Positions 11,151 to 23,419 of a stretch of DNA of 64,000 nucleotides are shown in pieces. Every line of letters starts with the position of its first letter. Within the stretch, counting starts at the first letter, position 1. The translations under genes were made by a program, and so were the position numbers. The notes beneath the pieces are model-generated. The model saw only the letters and a list, made by a program, of their open reading frames with translations, was not told where the DNA came from and did no database searches. This DNA comes from Chiloscyllium plagiosum (lineage: Eukaryota), in assembly GCF_004010195.1 (NCBI RefSeq), contig NC_057718.1, forward strand, positions 7,560,787-7,624,786. Direction: 5' to 3'.

Positions 11151-12640
11151 TGTAGTAGTGGGAAGTTGTGTGTGGAGTCAGAGGAGATAGGGGAAGCACT
11201 AAATGAATATTTTTCGACAGTATTCACTCTAGAAAATGACAATATTGTCGAGGAGAATACTGAGATACAGGCTACTAGACTAGGTGGGATTGAGGTTCAC
11301 AAGGAAGAGGTATTAGAAATCCTGCAGAGTGTGAAAATAGATAAATCCCCTGGGCCGGATGGGATTTATCCTAGGATACTCTGGGAAGCTAGGGAGGAGA
11401 TTGCCGAGCCTTTGGCATTGATCTTTAAATCATCATTCTATACAGGAATAGTGCCAGAAGATTGGAGGATAGCAAATGTGGTTCCCCTGTTCAAGAAGGG
11501 GAGTAGAGACAATCCTGGTAATTATAGACCAGTGAGCCTTACTTCAGTTGTTGGTAAAGTGTTGGAAAAGGTTATAAGAGATAGGATTTATAATCATCGA
11601 GAAAAGAATAATTTGATTAGGGATAGCCAGCACGGTTTTGTGAAGGGTAGGTCGTGCCTCACAAACCTTATTGAGTTCTTTGAGAAGGTGACCAAACAGG
11701 TAGATGAGAGAAAACCGGTTGATGTGGTGTATATGGATTTCAGCAAGGCGTTCAATAAGGTTCCCCACAGTANNNNNNNNNNNNNNNNNNNNNNNNNNNN
11801 NNNNNNNNNNNNNNNNNNNNNNNNNNNNNNNNNNNNNNNNNNNNNNNNNNNNNNNNNNNNNNNNNNNNNNNNNNNNNNNNNNNNNNNNNNNNNNNNNNNN
11901 NNNNNNNNNNNNNNNNNNNNNNNNNNNNNNNNNNNNNNNNNNNNNNNNNNNNNNNNNNNNNNNNNNNNNNNNNNNNNNNNNNNNNNNNNNNNNNNNNNNN
12001 NNNNNNNNNNNNNNNNNNNNNNNNNNNNNNNNNNNNNNNNNNNNNNNNNNNNNNNNNNNNNNNNNNNNNNNNNNNNNNNNNNNNNNNNNNNNNNNNNNNN
12101 NNNNNNNNNNNNNNNNNNNNNNNNNNNNNNNNNNNNNNNNNNNNNNNNNNNNNNNNNNNNNNNNNNNNNNNNNNNNNNNNNNNNNNNNNNNNNNNNNNNN
12201 NNNNNNNNNNNNNNNNNNNNNNNNNNNNNNNNNNNNNNNNNNNNNNNNNNNNNNNNNNNNNNNNNNNNNNNNNNNNNNNNNNNNNNNNNNNNNNNNNNNN
12301 NNNNNNNNNNNNNNNNNNNNNNNNNNNNNNNNNNNNNNNNNNNNNNNNNNNNNNNNNNNNNGAGGGGGCATAGCTTTAAATTGAGGGGTGATAGATATTG
12401 GACAGATGTCAGAGGTAGTTTCTTTACTCAGAGTAGTAAGGGTATGGAATGCTTTGCCTGCAACGGTAGTAGATTCGCCAACTTTAAGTACATTTAGTTG
12501 TCATTGGACAGGAATATGGACGTACATGGAATAGTGTAGGTTAGATGGGCTTCAGATTGGTATGACAGGTCGGCGCAACATCGAGGGCCGAAGGGCCTGT
12601 ACTGCGCTGTTATGTTCTATGTTCGATGTTCTATGACTCT
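11151..12640 (+). mobile_element. CR1 LINE ORF2 (RT N-terminal part), assembly gap, then 3' end
   Basis: KSPGPDGIYPRIL..DWRIANVVPLFKKGSRDNPGNYRPVSLTSVVGK..QHGFVKGRSCLTNLIEFFE..VYMDFSKAF, with no stop before the gap. The tail is (tatgttc)n. Confidence 0.9.
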
Positions 12641-13035
12641 AAATGTTTCAAGTCTAGATGACTCTTCATCAGAGCAGATGTGAAGGGGACATATCTCCCC
12701 TTTATTTTAGCTTGTTACATGCTGTTATCATGTCCTTTCACTCACTCTCCTTCCCCCATCCTAGTGGGACTCTCTATCCTTTCCAGTCTGACGAGAGATG
12801 TATCATTGTTCTGCCATTCTCGCATTCCGATCACTTAATCTGATCTATCAACATCTTTTCTCCGTCAGCACCCTGTACCCTTTATCCGCCCACCCCACCA
12901 AACTATACTATAAAATGCTCCCCCCTCCACACTTCACTGTGATGAAGAGTTATCTAAACTTGAAACATTTGTTTGCTCTCTCTCCATGGATGCTATCTGA
13001 CCTGCTGTGATCTCCAGAATTTGTTGTTTTCACAC
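12641..13035. mobile_element. PLE-derived element, third family, with inverted HHR-like arms
   Basis: aaatgtttcaagtctagatgactcttcatca (~12641-12671) is inverse to tgatgaagagttatctaaacttgaaacattt (~12940-12970), followed by gatgctatctgacctgctg. Confidence 0.65.
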
Positions 13036-13124
13036 AGACAAACATCCATTTCTACCAACAATTTTTTTTATCGTAACGGGGTGTGTTTCTACAATGTTAC
13101 TTGAAAGAGAGAGAGAGAGAGAGA

Positions 13125-13335
13125 AATGTTGGTCAGGGCACCGGGATTCTCTGTTTATCTCTGGATTGTGCCTTGAGACCTTTTACAGACAGCTGACAGG
13201 AAGGTGGGAGTCTCTGTTTAAAGTCTGCACCTCTGGCAGTACAGCACTCCCTCTGAACCTGGTCTGGAAGTCAGCCTTCCGTTATCTCTGCTTGAACCCT
13301 GGAGTGAGACTTGAACCCAGCACCTTGTGGAGGTG
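13125..13335 (-). mobile_element. Deu-type SINE 5' half
   Basis: Similar to 5870-6100, with a B-box-like reverse complement gacttgaaccc. Confidence 0.55.
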
Positions 13336-13957
13336 AAAATATGACCAATTTAAGCCTTGATTGATGTCATTAAACCTCTTGGCGTCAACCCCTCGCCTCA
13401 TTTAACATACCGGATAAAAGTTACCTCTATAACTAAGTTCTTGGCCATCTGTCCTGTCTCTCTAAATGGCTCATTCTCAGTTTTAATTGAGAAGTTACTG
13501 TTGTGTAATGCTTTAGGAAGCTTAAAGGTGCCATGCAAATGCAAGTTGTTGCTGCATATTAGTCTGGCACATGTATTGCTGAAAATTCTGTGCAGTGTGA
13601 AATCCTCATTTTTTTTAAAAGATAGGTGCTGTCGCATGTTTTTCCTGACCCTATTCACACATATTCACTCTGTTTCTCTCTCTCTCTCTTTCTGACGTGC
13701 TGATTCTCTCACTTTCTCACCTTTCTCTCTGTGAAACTCTCTCTCTGTCTGACACTCTCTCTCTGTCTCTGTCTCTCTTTCTTTCTCTCTCTCTAAATTT
13801 CTCTCTTTCCCTAAATTTCTCTCTGGTGCACCCATTTCTCTGGCACACACTATGAACCTTTCTCACACTCTGTCTCCCTCTCTGTCTCCCTGTCTCTCTG
13901 ACATGCTCTTTCTCTTTTACACACCCGTATGCTCTCTTTCTCTCTTCTTTCTTTCAG

Positions 13958-14019
13958 ACAACTGTGAGCCGCCACTTCGGCTTCATTCATAGTTGCACTG
14001 CACAGTAAAGGTTGCTGTG
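13958..14019 (+). other. Candidate non-coding (5' UTR) exon, 62 nt
   Basis: Long polypyrimidine tract ending tctttctttcag, donor GTG|gtgagt, non-repetitive sequence, and stops in all three frames. Confidence 0.5.
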
Positions 14020-14264
14020 GTGAGTCACAGTCTTGTTTTCAGATGTTTACAAAATAATTTGAGATAATCTAATCTACAAATAATGCCGACACTGTGCAGA
14101 AGGCATTGTTCTGTGCATAAAGATGATCTGAGACGTCAAGATGTTTGTAATGTAGAAATTTGTCAGATTGTACTCTGGGTGACTGCATGGAAAGTTTTCA
14201 AGATTTAAGAAAGGACTGTTTCAGGTACTGTCATTCTCAAAGGAGTTGTCATGCCATTTGATTG

Positions 14265-14420
14265 TTCCTGTGATGTGGACCTTATTAGCTGAGCCAGCAT
14301 TTCTTGCCCATCTCTTGAGAAGGTGGGGGTGAGCTGCCTCCTCAAACCGCTGCAGTCCATGTGCTGTAGGTAGACCTTCGATGCCCTTAGGGAGGGAGTT
14401 CAGGGTTTGGAGAGGAATAA
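14265..14420 (-). mobile_element. LINE-Z 3' fragment
   Basis: Reverse complement of the 7900-8035 tail. Confidence 0.7.
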
Positions 14421-14741
14421 TCATTCAGGGAAACAGTCAATGTCTTAATTATTTTGGAAGAACAAATGATTTGAGTTCTGGTAGGAAGATGGATGGACAA
14501 TGCCAAGCTTAACTCGAGAGGACATTACTGGCAATTAGTGACTTCTCCTCAGGTTCCCAGGAATTCTTCTCACAGCCATGGATTGTGGGATATGTTTTAA
14601 TTAGCCACTGCAAGTGCCTGAGCAGAGCGTCAGTGAAAGGTGCATGGGTGGCTGATGGTTCCCTCCCCTTAGTCAGGTTGCAGTTGGTAACACACTCACC
14701 TCTTGAGTCAAATTGTTTTTCTGTGCTCATTTCCCATATCG

Positions 14742-15290
14742 TGGCAACAGAGTGGCTCAGTAGTTAGCATTGCTGCCTCACAGTGCCAGGGACCTGGGCA
14801 ACACTGTGGCTCAGTGGTTAGCATTGCTGCCTCACAGTGCCAGGGACCTGGGCAACACTGTGGCTAGCATTGCTGCCTCACAGTGCCAGGGACCTGGGCA
14901 GCACAGTGGCTCAGTGGTTAGCACTGCTCCCTCACAGTGCCAGGGACCTGGACAACACTGTGGCTCAGTGGTTAGCACTGCTGCCTCACAGTGCCAGGGA
15001 CCTGGGCAATACTGTGGCTCAGTGGTTAGCACTGCTGCCTCACAGCACACGTGACCCGAGTTTGATTTCAGCCTCGGGCGACTGTCTATCTGGAGTTTGT
15101 ACATTCTCCCTGTGGGCTTCCTCTGGGCGCTCTGGTTTTCTCCCACAATCCAAAGATGGGTTAAGTTGTATTAGCCATGGGTAATGCAGGGTCATGCGGG
15201 ATAGGATACAGGGTTGGGTCTGGGTGGATACTCTTTGAGGGGTTGGTGTGGGCCAAATGGCCTACTTCCATGTGATGGGAATTCTGTATC
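14742..15290 (+). mobile_element. HE1-like SINE with six tandem 5' heads
   Basis: The 54-bp unit gtggctcagtggttagca.tgctgcctcacagtgccagggacctgggcaacact starts at 14752, 14806, 14860, 14906, 14960 and 15014. The last head continues into the SINE body. Confidence 0.9.
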
Positions 15291-15579
15291 AAGCCAGAGA
15301 TTTTGAACCCAAGATCCACAGCGATATTCCTGGCACTCGAGTGAGGGAGCTGCTCCCTCGGAGGTGATGTCTTTTGGAAAGGATGGGAAGCCAAGCCAAG
15401 GTCCCCCTCTGGTGTGTGTGTTTGTGTGTGTGTGTGTGTGTGTCAGTCTCAACGTGGCCAGGAGCAGACTATCTGCTCGTCATGACAATGCTCACTGGAT
15501 CGCACTGTACCCAAACAGGTGGCCATCTTTCCTGACAGAATTAAGACTGGAGCATCATGTTAGCATGTATTGTTCTGGT

Positions 15580-15740
15580 TTTTTAAATTCATTTGTGGGA
15601 TGTGGGCATCACTGGCTGGGCCAGCTTTTATTCCCCGTCCCTAGTTGCCCATGTGAAGGCAGTGGTGAGCTGCCTTCTTGAACTGCTGTAGTCTATGTGC
15701 TGTTGGTAGACCTACGCTGCCCATGAGGAGGGAAGTTTGA
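15580..15740 (-). mobile_element. LINE-Z 3' fragment
   Basis: attcatttgtgggatgtgggcatcactggctgggccagc..gtggtgagctgccttcttgaac. Confidence 0.7.
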
Positions 15741-16164
15741 ACTTTTAGTTCTGGACCTTCAGTTCTCCTCATTGCTTTTCTCCTCTTTTGTCCTTACTTA
15801 GCTGAGAGCAACAACTTGGTCTTGTCACGGTGGGTGTTGGAGGGTGATTTTGGCCAGAGCTCCCAGCATTGACAAACCTCATGATCCCTCAACTGAAAGT
15901 TCATTCTTGCTAATGGCGCTAATGAGTGAGATGGGAACACATGTTGGTAACCAAGCCCACAAACTCTATCTGATTTTACTGGAATCCTTCCACCAATCCT
16001 ACGCAGAGAAAACAACAATGAGTGTCTTAATGAACTTGATTAATCATCAGTAAGAACTTGGAAAGAAGAAAATGGCATGTATTGGGTCCAGCCTAGCTTT
16101 GGGGGAAGGGGAAGATATTTATAAAGGGTGAATGTGAATGTGTAAATAAAATAATTTTGAATTC

Positions 16165-16975
16165 AGGTAGACTTGGTGATGAAGAAGGCATTTGGCATGC
16201 TTGCCTTCATCAGTCAGAGCATTGAGTACAGGAGTTGGCACGTTATGTTACAGCTGTACAAGACATTGGTAAGGTCACATTTGGAATACGTGTACAATTC
16301 GGTCTCCCTGCTATAGGAAGGATGCTATTAAACTGGAAAGGGTGCACAAAAGGTTTACAAGGATGTTACTGAGACTGGAAAGTCTGAGTTATAGGGAGAG
16401 GCTGGATATCTTCTGTTTCAAGTGTCAGAGGTCGAGAGGTGACCTTGTAGAGTTTATAATATCATGAGGGGCATGGATACTGTGAAGAGACAAGGTCTTT
16501 TCCCCAGGTACAGCAGTCCAAAACTAGAGGGCATAGGTTTATGATGAGAGGGGAAAGATTTAAAACGGACCTGAGGAATAACTTTTCACACAGAGGGTGG
16601 TGTGTGTATGGATCAAACTGCCAGAGGAGGTGGTAGAGGAGGGTACAATTACAACATTTAAAAGACACCTGGCTGGCTACATAAATAGGAAAGGTTTAGA
16701 AGGATATGGGCCAACCGCAGGCAAGTGGGACTAGGTCAGATCAGAGTTGATGAGTGTGGTGTTGGAAAAGCACAGCAGGTCAGGCAGCATCCAAGGAGCA
16801 GGAGAATTGATGTTTCTGGCATAAGCCCTTCATCAGGAATCATCCAGCACCACACTCTTAACTCTAATCCCTAGCACCTGTGGTCCTCACGTTCTCCTAG
16901 GTCAAATTAGGAAACCTGGTCATCATAGACGAGTTGGGGCGAAGGGTCTGTTTCTGTGCTGTATGACACTGTCAC
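16165..16975 (+). mobile_element. HER1-like LINE carrying a PLE fold-back in its 3' UTR
   Basis: Homologous to 4698-5358 and 10211-11150. Confidence 0.85.
16739..16896. mobile_element. PLE-derived fold-back mini-element with a minus-strand HHR-like motif
   Basis: 8-bp TSD ctaggtca at 16731-16738 and 16897-16904. Arms are gagtgtggtgttgga and tccagcaccacactc. Confidence 0.8.
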
Positions 16976-17537
16976 TTACAAAATGGAGTCATAATCAGAT
17001 GATTATTGGGATTGTATCAGTTCAAGAAGGTGACAGATAGCCACCTTCACATGGGTAATTGGGACGGGCAGTTAATGATTCACCAATTATATTGTGAATT
17101 AATATGAAGACTATTTTCTTAACTAGCTTTGTGGCAACAGTGAAGTCTTGACTTGTTAATGTTTACCATGTGTGAACACGAAGGCAGAGTTTGACCCTAC
17201 ATTAAAATCCTCCTGGAGTATATCCCTGTCTCCACACTGTCCCACATACAAGCACAGGGTAGATAATCCCAAGAAGTAAAATCGACCAGTTCTTAAAATG
17301 AAAAGTCTAGCGCTAAAATGTTCTCTGTGAACGTGATCAGAAATCTGTCAGATTGTTGTGAAAATAAAAATGGCCTTTGTGAATGAAAACCGATCCTGAT
17401 ATTTTCAATCAACCTGCTCAGAGATGTTATTACACATCTCTGCAACAGGTGGGACTTGTACCTGTGGTCTTCTGGATCAGAGGTACGGACAGTACCACTG
17501 CCACACAAAGGCCCTGAAACTGGGTCTGGGCTTACTA

Positions 17538-18085
17538 ATAGAGTCGTGTAGCACAAAAACAGATCCTTTGATCCATCCAATCCATGCTGAGCATGACCCA
17601 AACTAAACTAGTCCTACCTGCCTCCGTTTGACCCATATCCCGCAACACCTTTTTCATTCATGTACTTATCCAAATGTCTTTTACACTGTAAACTGTACTG
17701 TATCTGCATCCAACACTTCCTGTGGCAGTTCATTCCACAAACCAACCAGTCTCCAGCTGCCCCTCATGCCCTTATTAAATCTTTCTCCTCTCACCTTAAA
17801 AATACACCCCTGGTCTTGAACTCTCCCCACCCTAGGGGAAAGACACCTGCTATTCACCTTATCTATAACCCTCGTGAATCTATAAACCTCGATAAGGTCA
17901 GTCCTCAACATCTTATAAAAAATGTGCCAGCCTATTCAGCCTCCCCTGATAATTCAAACCTTCTCTTCCTGGCAACATCCTGGTAAATCTCTCCTGAAGC
18001 GTCTGCTGTTTAATGTTATCCTTCCTGTAACAGGGCAACCAGAAAGGGACACAGTATTCCCACACCAAAGTGATTGACCCTTAAC
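17538..18085 (-). mobile_element. HER1-like LINE fragment
   Basis: Minus ORF LRTDLIEVYRFTRVIDKVN..WNELPQEVLDA. Confidence 0.8.
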
Positions 18086-18704
18086 AAACTTCTGAAAGGA
18101 TTTTTTTGGTTGTATCAAACCCTTCCCAAACGATGAAGGGAATTGAAATCTTTCCAACTGGACAGAGTCTGGAACAGGTTAAAAGTAAGACCCTTGTCAA
18201 AGTAGTAGCTAAGAACGGCCAATGAATGTTGGTCCTACCGGGGGTGCTTGCGTTCTGATAAATAGTTTTAAAATAAACAGAAGGTAGTGCCCCATCCCTT
18301 TCCACAATTTGAGGTTGTCAAACTTAACACTGATGTGGCTTTTCCAGGAATTTCACTTTGTAAAGCAGCATCCTTTGTAAGGTCTGCTATGCAAATGCCG
18401 TTCCTGGAAACAGTAGGATCGCTGGAACAAGTCTGGAATTGCAGCCTGACTCGGTGAGATTACCATGAAACCCACAGGATGGGCTTCTACTTGAATTCGC
18501 CAGCTGTGGTTTGACTGAGGCACCTGGATGATGTCCCTTCATGACAGGGGTTGGGGGTGAGGAGGCGGTTGGTGTCTGTGTGTGAGAGTGTGGCTGTGAA
18601 CGTGTGCATGTGTGTGTAATATGAGCGTGGGTGTGTGTACACGTGTGCATGTGCACACGATATAGAGGTCCCGGTTCACTGTTCCAGCTCAGGTCTGCTG
18701 CTTT

Positions 18705-18885
18705 ACCTCATTGAATGTTTTTAGGGCAAAGAAAGATGGATTTTTGAACAGTAAAGGAATTAAGAGTTACAGTGAGAGGGCGGGTAAGTGGAGCTCAGGC
18801 CATGAAACGATCAGCCATGATCTTATTGAATGGCGGAGTAGGCTCGAGGGGCCAGGTTGCCTACTCCTGCTCCTTATGTTCTTTC
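18705..18885 (+). mobile_element. CR1 3' UTR fragment
   Basis: gatcagccatgatcttattgaatggcggagtaggctcgagggg. Confidence 0.7.
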
Positions 18886-19434
18886 CTACTAATCCCAGCA
18901 GCTTTATGGGGCACTAAAAAATTAAAAGCATTTATTTCCGAGGCCACCAAGTTTGAGATACAATGAGATAGACCTTACAGACTTTGGCCAGGGATCTGGG
19001 GCAAACCCCACACCCCTATAATCCGAGCCAGTTACCGGAGATCTTTCACATCCACTGTCAGCGGGTTTTATGAATGCATCGCTGTGCCATTCAAATCCGC
19101 GACAGGAGCATTGGCACTTCCAGCTTCTGTACAGCGGACCGAGCTGCACTAGTGTGTGCGTGTATGTGGGCGTGTGTGCGTGACATCAAAATCCCCCTTA
19201 GCCCCTCAGTGCAGTGCTGGCTGCTTCTGTTGTTGGCTGTGGATTGAGAGTGAGTGACTAGACAAGCTGGTGATCTAACTGAAAGGTGAAAGAAGGTTCA
19301 AGGGGCTGGATGACCTCCAGCTTGTGCTGCTCCTCTGTAACGGTGACGCGTGTGATCACGAACAAGATCTGATCTCGTACCCAGAATGTGAATGAATGAT
19401 TACAGCGGTCCTATCAGCTCATCATTATCCATGA

Positions 19435-19985
19435 CACCCGCACTAACCAACCCCACCGTCCTGTGGCCGAATAGTTCAACTCCCCTTCCCACTCCACCAA
19501 GGACGTGCAGGTCCTAGGCCCTCCTCCATCGCCAGATTCTAACCACCCAACGCCTGGAGGAAGAACTCCTCATCTTCCGCCTCGGGACCCTCCAATCACA
19601 TGGGATCAATGTGGACTTCACCAGTTTCTTCATTTCCCCTCCCCCAATGTTATCCTAGATCCAAACTTCCAACTCGACGCCGCCCTCTTGATCTGTCCTG
19701 ACTGTCCATCTTCCTTCCCACCTTTCCGCACCACGCTCCTCTCTGACTTGCCACCATTACCCCCACCTTCATCGACCTATCACATTCCCAACTACCTTCC
19801 TCCCAAGTCCAACCCACCCCCTTCCAATTTATCTCTCAGTCCCCTTGGGCCTCCCCCACATTCCTCATGAAGAGCTTATGCTCGAAACGTCGACTCTCCT
19901 GCTCCTCGGATGCTGCCTGACCTGCTGTGCTTTTCCAGCGCCTCACTTTTTGACTCTGATCTCCAGCATCTGCAGTCCTCTCTCT
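19435..19985 (+). mobile_element. Penelope-like element 3' part: GIY-YIG C-terminus, pyrimidine-rich UTR and terminal repeat with mutated HHR
   Basis: Frameshifted PVAE*FNSPSHSTKDVQVLG..RLEEELLIFRLGTLQSHGINVDFTSF. The HHR-like motif ctCatga-a-gagc-ttat-gctc-gaaacgtc lies at ~19864-19891. Confidence 0.85.
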
Positions 19986-20420
19986 TTCATCAATATCCAT
20001 GCTAACCCCCTGTTTATTGCTCATAGAATTCCAACAATGGGGAAACAGACCATTTGGCCCATCAAGTCCACACCACCCTCAGAAGAGCATCCCACCCAGA
20101 CCCACCTCTTCCTGTAACTTACAGGAAAATGCCCTTGCATGCGGCTTGAGACAGGCTGAGAATCTCTCTTTAATCTTTGCCCCTCATAATGAAGTGAAAC
20201 TTGGACAGTTACATTTAGACAGCATTGCATCAGAATAATCCTCGAGTGCACTGAAATAATCTGATACTTCCAAATCTAGTTCATGGCTCTGCTGGTCTCT
20301 GATATCAGTGTACATGAAGTAGAGCAGCACTGACCTGTCAGTCCAAAGTCAAGTCAGTTTTGTCTCTTGTTCCCTGGAATTATAATGTTCTGAATTTTCA
20401 CAGGAGGGGGAATCACTACT

Positions 20421-21120
20421 TAGAGTCATAGAGATGTAGAGCATGGAAACAGACCCTTTGGTCCAGCCTGTCCACGCCAACCAGATATCCTAAATTAATC
20501 TGGTCCCATTTGCCAGCACTTGGCCCATATCCCTCTAAACCCTTCCTATTCCTATACCCATCCAGATACCTTTTAAATGCTGTAATTGTACCAGCCTCCA
20601 CCACATCCTCTGGCAGCTTATTCCATTCACGTACCACCCTCTGTGTGAAAACGTTGCCCCTTAGGTCCCTTTTATATCTTTCCCCTCTCACCCTAAACCC
20701 ATGCCCTCTAGTTCTGGATTCACCCACCACAGGGAAAAGACCTTGTCTGTTTATCCTATCCTTGCCCCTCATGATTTTATAAACCTCTATAAGGTCATCC
20801 ATCAACCTCTGAAGCTCCAAGGGAAACAAAACAGTCTATTCAGCCCCTCCCAATAGCTCAAATTCTTCAACTCTGGCAACATCCTTGTAAATCTTTTCTG
20901 AACCCTTTCAAGTTTCACGACATCTTTCTGATAGGAAGGAGACCGGAATTGCACGCAATATTCCAACAGTGGCTTAACCAATGTCCTGAACAGCCGCAAC
21001 ATGACCTCCTGACCCCTGTACTCAATACTCTGACCAATAAAGGAGCTATGAATCTGCACTCCAAGGTCTCTTTGTTCAGCAACACTCCCTGGGACCTTAC
21101 CATTCGGTATATAAGCCCTG
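20421..21120 (-). mobile_element. HER1-like LINE
   Basis: Minus ORFs LRLFRTLVKPLLEYCVQF.. and DLIEVYKIMRG..FTQRVVREWNKLP. Confidence 0.9.
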
Positions 21121-21384
21121 CAGTGTGACTGTAGGTTATGTGTGAATGCAGCTGGCCATGCAGCACCCTGATTAATTTGTTCATGCTGTGATTCTGGCTC
21201 CGATGTTACTCAAATCTGAATTGAGATAGGATCAATACTCCTTCGCTATCCAGGAAACTCTGCTATTGAGCAATCATAAAGTATCGACAGAATTGGCAAC
21301 AGACAGTCCTAGATTGTGAACTGCGATGCACTTCCACTCTGCCTACACTTTTATATGTTTGGTGAATTTTTTGGCAAAAATAAA

Positions 21385-21705
21385 TAAAGGTCCTCAGACA
21401 AACCTACAACCACTTCCGTCTCGAAGGACAAGGGGGAGCAGATACATGGGAGTACCACCCCCCTGCACGTTCCCCACCAAGCCACTCACCATCCCGACTT
21501 GGAATTATATCGCCGTTTCTTTACTGTTGCTGGGTCAAAATCCTGAAATTCCTTCCGTCAGGGAATCGTGGGTCAACCTACAGCACACGGATGCAAAGAT
21601 TCAAGAAGGCAGCTCACCACCACCTCAAGGGGCAGTTAGGGACAGGGCAATAAATGCTGGCCCAGCCAGCGACACCCACATCCCACAAATGAACAACAAA
21701 GAAAA
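21385..21705 (+). mobile_element. LINE-Z 3' end
   Basis: Homologous to 7760-8035, ending gggcaataaatgctggcccagccagcgacacccacatcccacaaatgaa. Confidence 0.8.
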
Positions 21706-21785
21706 AGCTTGATTCTTTCATAGGAAAGAAAAGAATCAATGAGTATTTCTGTAATCAGAGAGGCTAGGAATTTTGTAAGAAATAA

Positions 21786-22092
21786 GGGGTGGCACAGTGG
21801 CTCAGTGGTTAGCACTGCTGCCTCACAGCACCAGGGTCCCAGGTTCAATTCCAGCCTCGGGCGACTGTCTGTGTGGAGTTTGCACGTTCTCCCCGTGTCT
21901 GCGTGGGTTTTCTCCGGGTGCTCCGGTTTCCTCCCACAGTCCAAAGATGTGCAGGTTAGGTGAATTGGTAAATTGCCCGTAGAGTTGTAGAGTTAGGTGC
22001 ATTAGTTAGGGGGGAATGGGTCTGGGTGGGTTGCTCTCTGAAGGGTTGGTGTGGACTAGTTGGGCTGAAGGGCCTGATTTCCCACAGTAGCG
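21786..22092 (+). mobile_element. HE1-like SINE, full length
   Basis: A box tggctcagtgg, B box ggttcaattcc, and a 3' tail (gggctgaagggcctg.ttcc) shared with the HER1-like LINEs. Confidence 0.9.
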
Positions 22093-22109
22093 AAGCTAAA
22101 ACAAAAACC

Positions 22110-22575
22110 TCACCTGCTGACTCAGCAATTTCCTGTCCACCATCTCCAAGGCACAAGTCAGGAATGGGATGGATGGGGATGGCTTGAACAACAACACAAG
22201 AATCTTGACATCTTGGACAAAGCAGCCCGCTTGATTGGCATCCTATCTTCCACCTTAAGCCTTTGCTCCCTGTGCGATTGATTTATGCAGTGTGTGGTGA
22301 TGTGTACCATCTGCAAGGTGCACTACAGCAACTCACCAAGGCTCCTTGGCACAGCACCTTCCAGAGTGTCTCGCAGGACAGTCTTTGGGAAGTGGTGAGT
22401 TACTTGTTACAAAATTCCTAGCCTCTGAGAAGCTTCCTGCCATGCAGAAGGATAAGGGCAGCAGATACATGGGAATACTACCACCTGCACATTCCCCTCC
22501 AGGAGGTATACAGTCTTCACTTGGAACTACATGGCTATTTCTTTACCTTGGCTGGATCAGAAATCCAGCTTGGAG
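22110..22575 (+). mobile_element. LINE-Z fragment
   Basis: Homologous to 7510-7910. Confidence 0.7.
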
Positions 22576-23419
22576 GTCTCATTGTGGGAATGGAATGCAA
22601 AGAAGGAATAGTGGCTGTGTTGAAACACATTTCATTTTTGCCAATCTTACACGAACATTAAAAAGACCAAATGGTAGAGTTGGCGTTCCTTGAGCTTGCT
22701 TCCCCACTTAGTGGGATCGTGGCTGATCTACTGCCTAACCTTCACTTTTCTGCCCTATTCCATGTGCCTTCATTCCCTTAGCAACCACGGTTTTCATTAT
22801 GGTTCTTTCGTCTTTAGCACACTCAATGACCGAGGGCCAACAGCTCTCGCAGATAGAAAATTCCCATAGTTCCCAGTCCTCTGAATGAAGTAATTTCTCC
22901 TCCATGTGGTAAATAATTAATCCCTTTATCGTGGGACTGTGACCCCTTGGTCCAGGCTCTCTGCCAGGAAGAGTAGCGGCAACACATTTACCAGGTCAAG
23001 CTGGTTTAGGGGTTTTTTTTGTGTTTCAGTTAGACCATAACTCATTCATCTGATTTCCATAGAATCAGAACAGAACATGTTACAAATATCCAGAATGCCT
23101 AGCAGAGGAAGAAATGGTTCATGTTTCACTTCTCTGATGCCAGTACAGATCCAAACCGATCCTTCAAACAGAAAACCAAGAGACCACCTTCTTTATAGAT
23201 AGTTTATTAACTCTTCAGTCTTACAGCTCTTTCCACCCCCAGTGTTACATATTGATGTGTTCAGACATTAATAGCCATCTCTTTGTTTACTTAATTAACC
23301 TTAAATACAGTAGACATAAAAGTGATTAGCCAGACCCCAACACGTGAGCTTTCATCAGACTGCAGGGAATATTTCTGAAGATTATGGATTGGTTCTGTTC
23401 CATCTTTCCATGTAGGACA

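Noticed and set aside
11166..12497. 443-aa ORF as a host gene
   Set aside because: It is CR1 ORF2 read through an assembly gap.
13530..13550. Octamer ATGCAAAT as a regulatory site
   Set aside because: It lies in a decayed SINE/LINE tail (ggcgctatataaatgcaagt-like), so it is likely incidental.
14752..15050. CRISPR-like array
   Set aside because: No unique spacers and no cas genes. The units are SINE heads in eukaryotic DNA.
21786..21860. tRNA gene
   Set aside because: A and B boxes are present, but the sequence continues into a SINE body and LINE-derived tail, and I see no complete cloverleaf.
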